Below the pieces are notes generated by a model that searched no databases, was not told where the DNA came from, and saw only the letters and a list, made by a program, of their open reading frames with translations. From IMG/VR virus record IMGVR_UViG_3300033076_001485, positions 59,470-123,469 of that record: a DNA stretch of 64,000 bases; one strand, given 5' to 3'. A program made the position numbers and the translations under genes. Each line of letters opens with the position of its first letter. The stretch's first letter is position 1. Positions 59,329 through 64,000 of the stretch are shown here, in pieces. Origin of the DNA: a virus. Taxonomy: Duplodnaviria > Caudoviricetes.

Positions 59329-60309
59329 ATGAAGATACTCATTACTGGTCACCGGGGTTTCATTGCATCTAACCTTCCACCTGCTTTTGCTGATCTCGAT
59401 CATGAGGTAATAGATTCGGATCGACTGCGTCTAAGGCATCTGCTTCCAACGGGCGAGCATTGCGTTTATCGGAACAGTGAGGACGATTGGGCAAGCGAGA
59501 TCAAGCGACTAAAAGTTGATGTCGTTGTTCACAATGCAGCGGCTGTCGGCACAGATGTTGTTGCTCTCAATCCTAGTGAGGCAACGCTAAGCAATGTAAC
59601 TGGTACTTACAATATCTGCCGTGCAGCTGAAAAGGCAGGAGCAGCTGTTCTTTACTTGGGAACAACAGTAATCTACAATACAGAGCTATACCAGAATTCA
59701 TGGATCGCTGAGCGATCCTCACACGGTCCCAAGACTTATTATGGCTCACTAAAACTGGCAGGAGAGCACATCGTCAAGTCACATAGCACGAAGTGGTCGA
59801 TTGTCCGGCCTCTCTTTTGCTACGGTGGCGTGGGTGATAACAACTCCTTGATTGCTAAGGGTTTCTACGGTGCAGCGACCGGCAAACAGCAGATTGACAT
59901 GTTCCTCGATCCCAATAAAATCAAGGACTACATGCGCGTTGAGGACTTCTGCGATGCAGTTGCGACCGTTGTCGACAAGGAGCTTTGGAACGACGACTGG
60001 AATGTTGCTGCCGAGACGCCTGCCAACACCGGTAAAATTGTAGAGCTAATGAGCGAGATTGCGTGCAAGGATCTTAAGGGTGTGGTAAAATGGCACCCAG
60101 GAACCGATTACTTGGGCAATCATCGTCTAAGCTCACAGAAGTTCAGGGATGCGTCTGGGTGGACGCCGAAGTTCGACCTGAAGTGTGGATTGGAAAAGTC
60201 ATGGAATGATATCCAACGTAATCTGGGTTCTACGGATTATAATCCTCTGCGTTATCTAGAAGATGCCAAAAAGCGCGGCATCGATCTCAAGCAATACTTC
60301 AACCAGTGA
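59329..60309 (+). CDS. NAD-dependent epimerase/dehydratase (extended SDR)
   Basis: ILITGHRGFIA, VVHNAA, NVTGT, YGSLK (YxxxK), R....YG, KDYMRVEDF. Confidence 0.9.
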   Translation: MKILITGHRGFIASNLPPAFADLDHEVIDSDRLRLRHLLPTGEHCVYRNSEDDWASEIKRLKVDVVVHNAAAVGTDVVALNPSEATLSNVTGTYNICRAAEKAGAAVLYLGTTVIYNTELYQNSWIAERSSHGPKTYYGSLKLAGEHIVKSHSTKWSIVRPLFCYGGVGDNNSLIAKGFYGAATGKQQIDMFLDPNKIKDYMRVEDFCDAVATVVDKELWNDDWNVAAETPANTGKIVELMSEIACKDLKGVVKWHPGTDYLGNHRLSSQKFRDASGWTPKFDLKCGLEKSWNDIQRNLGSTDYNPLRYLEDAKKRGIDLKQYFNQ

Positions 60310-60315
60310 GTTAAA

Positions 60316-63300
60316 ATGAGCATCATTCGTCCGCCTAGCCGTTTTGTAGGTCTCCACGCGCATTCAGGCTTCAGTACAATGGACGGCCTCGGCTATCCTG
60401 CACAACACATCGACTTCGTCCTCAAGAATGGCATGGACGCATGGGCGCTGACTGACCACGGCAATGGCAGCGGTCTGGCACATGCGCAGTCACATGCCAA
60501 GAAAATGAAGAAGGCAGGGCAGAAGTATCGGCAGCTTAATGGTGTCGAGTTCTACTTCGTTCCTTCACTCAAGAACTGGGCAACGCAGTATCAGGATCAC
60601 AAGGATGCAGTGGCAGCTGCACGCTCTGAGAAAAAGTCAAAAGAGACAACTGATATTGATGCCGATGATGAGGCAGGTGCAGGCCACATCATTGAGAACG
60701 AAGATGAGACGAAGGATGCTTCATCACTAGACGTCAAGGATGACGAGTGGAAGCGCCGCTACCACCTTGTGGTTCTTGCCAAGAATAAGCAGGGTCTTGC
60801 AAACCTCTTTACACTAGTCAAGCGATCCTTCAAGGAAGGTTACTACCGGTTCCCACGCATCGACTTTGACATGCTCAAGGAGCACGGCGAAGGTCTGGTC
60901 GTCAGCACTGCATGCATTGGCGGTATTATGTCGAACCGCGTCCTCCGCGGTCAGGCAATGCAGAAGTCTGACGCCGAGATCCAGCGTGATCTCAAGAATC
61001 TCGCTGACAGGTTCGTTGATGCTGTTGGCATCGACAATTTCAATCTCGAGATCCAGTTCAACAAGCTCCAAGCACAGCATGACGTCAATCGACACCTGAT
61101 TGGACTACACAAGAGTACGGGTATTCCTCTCGTAGCAACATGTGATAGTCATTATCCTACACCTGACAAGTGGAAGACGCGAGAGCTCTATAAGAAGCTA
61201 GCATGGATGAATGCGAAGGAGGAGCCCAAGCCTCTGCCGACATTCGACGAACTGAAGTGTGAGCTCTACCCAAAGAATGCTGACCAGATGTGGGAAGAGT
61301 ACCAAAAGCATATTTCCGAACATGAGTTCTATCAAGGCACTGAGGAACTGGTCCGAGATGCAATCGAGCGGACACACGACATCGCATGGCAGCAGTGTGA
61401 AGATGTCTGGGTTGATTCTCATGCCAAGCTTCCAGTCTTCAGCACACCTGAGAAGACCGAGTTCCAGCAGCTTGCAGAGCTAGTCAAGGCTCGCGCTATC
61501 GAGATGGGTCTTCACGAGAAGCCGGAATATATGGAGCGTCTCAAGGAGGAGCTCTCAGACATCAAGCATCTGGGTCACGCATCTTACTTCCTCACCATGA
61601 ACAAGATCTTCCACAAGGCGCAGGAGCGGACACTCCTCGGGCCAGGTCGTGGATCTGCACCAGGATCGTTGGTCAACTATGTACTTGGCATCACTCAGAT
61701 CGATCCGCTTCCGTTCGGTCTTCTCTGGAATCGCTTCCTTGGTCGGCATCGTGTGTCTTGGCCTGACATTGACTCTGATGCTGGTGATCGTGACGTTCTT
61801 ATTGACGCGGCACGTGAGCTCTTCGGTGACGATGCTGTCATTCCCGTCTCCAACTTCAACACCCTGAAGCTGAAGTCACTGGTGAAGGACGTCGCGAAGT
61901 TCTTCAACGTCCCGTTCGAGGAGGTCAATGCAGTCACTGGGCCGCTCCAGGACGAGGTCATGCCGCACGCGAAGGATGACGACCAGGAAAAGTCGGTCTT
62001 CGTTCTGAAGCATGATGACTGCATGAAGTACTCGCCTGCTTACAATGCATTCATGACCAAGTATCCCGAGGTGGAGGAGCACGTTAATGCTCTCTTCATG
62101 GAAAACCGATCGATTGGTCGCCATGCAGGTGGTGTTCTTGTTGCAGAACCCAAGGCGCTGGCTGAGGGTATGCCCATCATCGGTGTCCGAGGTGAGTTGC
62201 AGACTCCCTGGACTGAGGGCATGAACTTCAGAAATCTTGAGGACAACGGATTCCTCAAGTTCGACTTCCTCGGACTCACGTTGCTCAAGGACGTAGAGAA
62301 CTGCATCAAGCGTATCTTGATCAAGCAGGGTGTCAAGAACCCGACATTCACCCAGATCAAGGACTTCTTTGACGAACATCTCAACTGCCGGACTGTCAAG
62401 CAGGACGATCCAAAGGTCTGGAAGCATGTTTATCATGAAGGTCGATTTGTCGGCGTCTTCCAGTTCACTGCAGACGGTGCACGTAAGTTCTGCCTTGAGG
62501 CAAAACCCACAAACATCGGAGAGCTAGCAGCACTGACTGCAATCTATCGACCTGGACCGCTCAAGGCAAACGTCCATAAACTCTATGTCCAGGCGAAGAA
62601 GGATGCATCGAAGATCAAGTACGACCACCCAGTCATCCAGGAGGTTCTAGGACCGACATTCGGTTACGTGGTCTTCCAGGAACAGTTCATGATGCTTGCC
62701 CAGAAACTGGCTGGGTTCTCACCTGGTGAGGCTGACCAACTTCGCAAGACGCTCGTCAAGAAGTCGCTGGACACGCTGGGCAAGAAGTCCTCTGAGAAAG
62801 AGGCAGCACGTAAGCAGTTTATCGAAGGTGCACTTAGTCTCCATAACGTACCTGAAAAGGTGACAGGACCACTCTGGGATACTATCGAGGCTTTCTCAGT
62901 CTACGGCTTCAACAAGTCACACTCCGTGTCCTACGCGATTGATTCCTATTACGCTGGTTGGTTGCACACCCACTACGAGAAGGAGTGGCTGGCAACTATC
63001 CTCCAGTCCGAGACAGGCAACCCAAAGCTTCTTGCAAAAGCAATTAATGAAATCAAGCAAATTGGTTACAAGTTCTCGCAAGTTGATATTAACTACTCGG
63101 GCACAGAGTGGACATATTCTGAAGAAATTCAAGCATTCGTTCCGCCTCTTACCTCTGTAAAGGGCTTAGGTGATGCTGCTGTTAATGAAATTCTCACAAA
63201 TCGTCCCTACAAGGCTCTAAGCGATCTGCTCTTTGATGAAGAGGGCGAATGGCGTCACTCTAAGCTGAATAAAAGCTGCCTTGAATCTCTAATCCTAACA

Positions 63301-63879
63301 GAAAGTCTAGGTTCATTACATGAGTTTAAGAACGAGATCTTGAATAACCACAATCAGCTGCACAAAATGGTTATTGACAATTACGACACTTTGCGCAAGG
63401 GTCGCACTGGAATGACCAAAACAGCAACAAAGAAGTGGGTTAAAGAGCACGGCAAAGAGCCCGATGTCATCTCTAAGTTAATTGAAGAAACAGCAGATGT
63501 TCCAGACTGGAATCGTTACGAGAAGATCAAGAATTTCATCGAAATCTTAACAACAGCCTCAGAAGAGCTGCTCTTTCCTCCTGCAGTTATGGCAAAAATT
63601 GAAAGATCTAACGTCCCTTCTGCAATGCAGATTCAACCGGGCACAAAAGCAGTCGTGTGGTTCTGCGCAAGAGAATGGGTCAAGAAGCAAACAAAGAACG
63701 GTAAAACATTCTATACAGTCCATGCATTAGACAATAACAGCGAGCTTGGTAGAATTCGTGTGTGGGGTACGTTCAAAGAAGAACCAGAAGCTTACACAAT
63801 GTGGTTGGCTGAAGTTGAATATGATGCAAACTGGGGCATGTCGTCATCAGCAATGAAAATGCGAAAGATTGAGGTTTAA
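60316..63879 (+). CDS. dnaE: DNA polymerase III alpha subunit (family C, DnaE-type)
   Basis: PHP LHAHS..S..DG, ALTDHG, HLVVLAKN, TACIGG, DSHY; GRGSAPGSLV; PDIDSD; GRHAGG; KFDFLGL; GVFQF; RPGP; FQEQ; YGFNKSH. Confidence 0.96.
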   Translation: MSIIRPPSRFVGLHAHSGFSTMDGLGYPAQHIDFVLKNGMDAWALTDHGNGSGLAHAQSHAKKMKKAGQKYRQLNGVEFYFVPSLKNWATQYQDHKDAVAAARSEKKSKETTDIDADDEAGAGHIIENEDETKDASSLDVKDDEWKRRYHLVVLAKNKQGLANLFTLVKRSFKEGYYRFPRIDFDMLKEHGEGLVVSTACIGGIMSNRVLRGQAMQKSDAEIQRDLKNLADRFVDAVGIDNFNLEIQFNKLQAQHDVNRHLIGLHKSTGIPLVATCDSHYPTPDKWKTRELYKKLAWMNAKEEPKPLPTFDELKCELYPKNADQMWEEYQKHISEHEFYQGTEELVRDAIERTHDIAWQQCEDVWVDSHAKLPVFSTPEKTEFQQLAELVKARAIEMGLHEKPEYMERLKEELSDIKHLGHASYFLTMNKIFHKAQERTLLGPGRGSAPGSLVNYVLGITQIDPLPFGLLWNRFLGRHRVSWPDIDSDAGDRDVLIDAARELFGDDAVIPVSNFNTLKLKSLVKDVAKFFNVPFEEVNAVTGPLQDEVMPHAKDDDQEKSVFVLKHDDCMKYSPAYNAFMTKYPEVEEHVNALFMENRSIGRHAGGVLVAEPKALAEGMPIIGVRGELQTPWTEGMNFRNLEDNGFLKFDFLGLTLLKDVENCIKRILIKQGVKNPTFTQIKDFFDEHLNCRTVKQDDPKVWKHVYHEGRFVGVFQFTADGARKFCLEAKPTNIGELAALTAIYRPGPLKANVHKLYVQAKKDASKIKYDHPVIQEVLGPTFGYVVFQEQFMMLAQKLAGFSPGEADQLRKTLVKKSLDTLGKKSSEKEAARKQFIEGALSLHNVPEKVTGPLWDTIEAFSVYGFNKSHSVSYAIDSYYAGWLHTHYEKEWLATILQSETGNPKLLAKAINEIKQIGYKFSQVDINYSGTEWTYSEEIQAFVPPLTSVKGLGDAAVNEILTNRPYKALSDLLFDEEGEWRHSKLNKSCLESLILTESLGSLHEFKNEILNNHNQLHKMVIDNYDTLRKGRTGMTKTATKKWVKEHGKEPDVISKLIEETADVPDWNRYEKIKNFIEILTTASEELLFPPAVMAKIERSNVPSAMQIQPGTKAVVWFCAREWVKKQTKNGKTFYTVHALDNNSELGRIRVWGTFKEEPEAYTMWLAEVEYDANWGMSSSAMKMRKIEV

Positions 63880-63881
63880 AA

Positions 63882-64000
63882 ATGAAATTTGATCTAAAAA
63901 CAGTAGTGCTTGAAGGTGTTGATTGCAGCGGCAAGACTACTGCGTTTTCTAAGATACACAAAATGACAGGATTTAAGTGGAACATTCACGATAGAAGCAC
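63882..64000 (+). CDS. dNMP (thymidylate-type) kinase, N-terminal fragment running off the window
   Basis: MKFDLKTVVLEGVDCSGKTT...IHDRS: P-loop EGxDxSGKTT plus DRS; starts 2 nt after the dnaE stop. Confidence 0.72.
   Translation, partial: MKFDLKTVVLEGVDCSGKTTAFSKIHKMTGFKWNIHDRS

Noticed and set aside
60570-60750. Possible intein in the DnaE PHP domain
   Set aside because: The roughly 60-aa charged insertion has no C/S start, no HN-C/S/T end and no endonuclease motifs; more likely a flexible loop.

Overview
This window is a gene-dense segment of a large T4-like (myovirus-type) bacteriophage genome, with every credible gene on the + strand. In order it holds: (1) a single-chain SbcD-SbcC (gp47-gp46-like) nuclease/ATPase that starts before the window; (2) a head module (large terminase, portal, prohead protease, scaffold, major capsid protein); (3) a neck/tail module (gp13/14/15-like, two tandem sheath paralogs, tube, gp26-like chaperone, tape measure, baseplate proteins); (4) a replication module (family-A polymerase domain, HD protein, gp32 SSB, RecA/UvsX, 5'-3' exonuclease, helicase, NrdJ, ClpP, ThyX); (5) an accessory region with base-excision glycosylases, nucleotide-pool enzymes, fibre-like proteins, DnaE and the start of a dNMP kinase. 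The most notable observations are: (a) a candidate non-canonical nucleotide pathway built around a second, divergent ThyX-like enzyme coupled to all-alpha NTP pyrophosphatases and a HAD nucleotidase, plus a deoxyribosyltransferase-fold hydrolase, an SDR epimerase and a kinase next to DnaE; (b) a recurring design in which a promoter lies inside an inverted repeat whose 3' arm carries the RBS or start codon; (c) a probable +1/-2 programmed frameshift just before the tape measure gene; (d) an ATC-initiated Fpg/Nei beside an MBD4-like protein lacking its catalytic Asp; (e) a structured RNA leader that sequesters the RBS of a repeat-rich fibre gene. No tRNA, rRNA, CRISPR array, intron, intein or transposase was recognised. 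All calls come from reading motifs by eye; no database searches were run.
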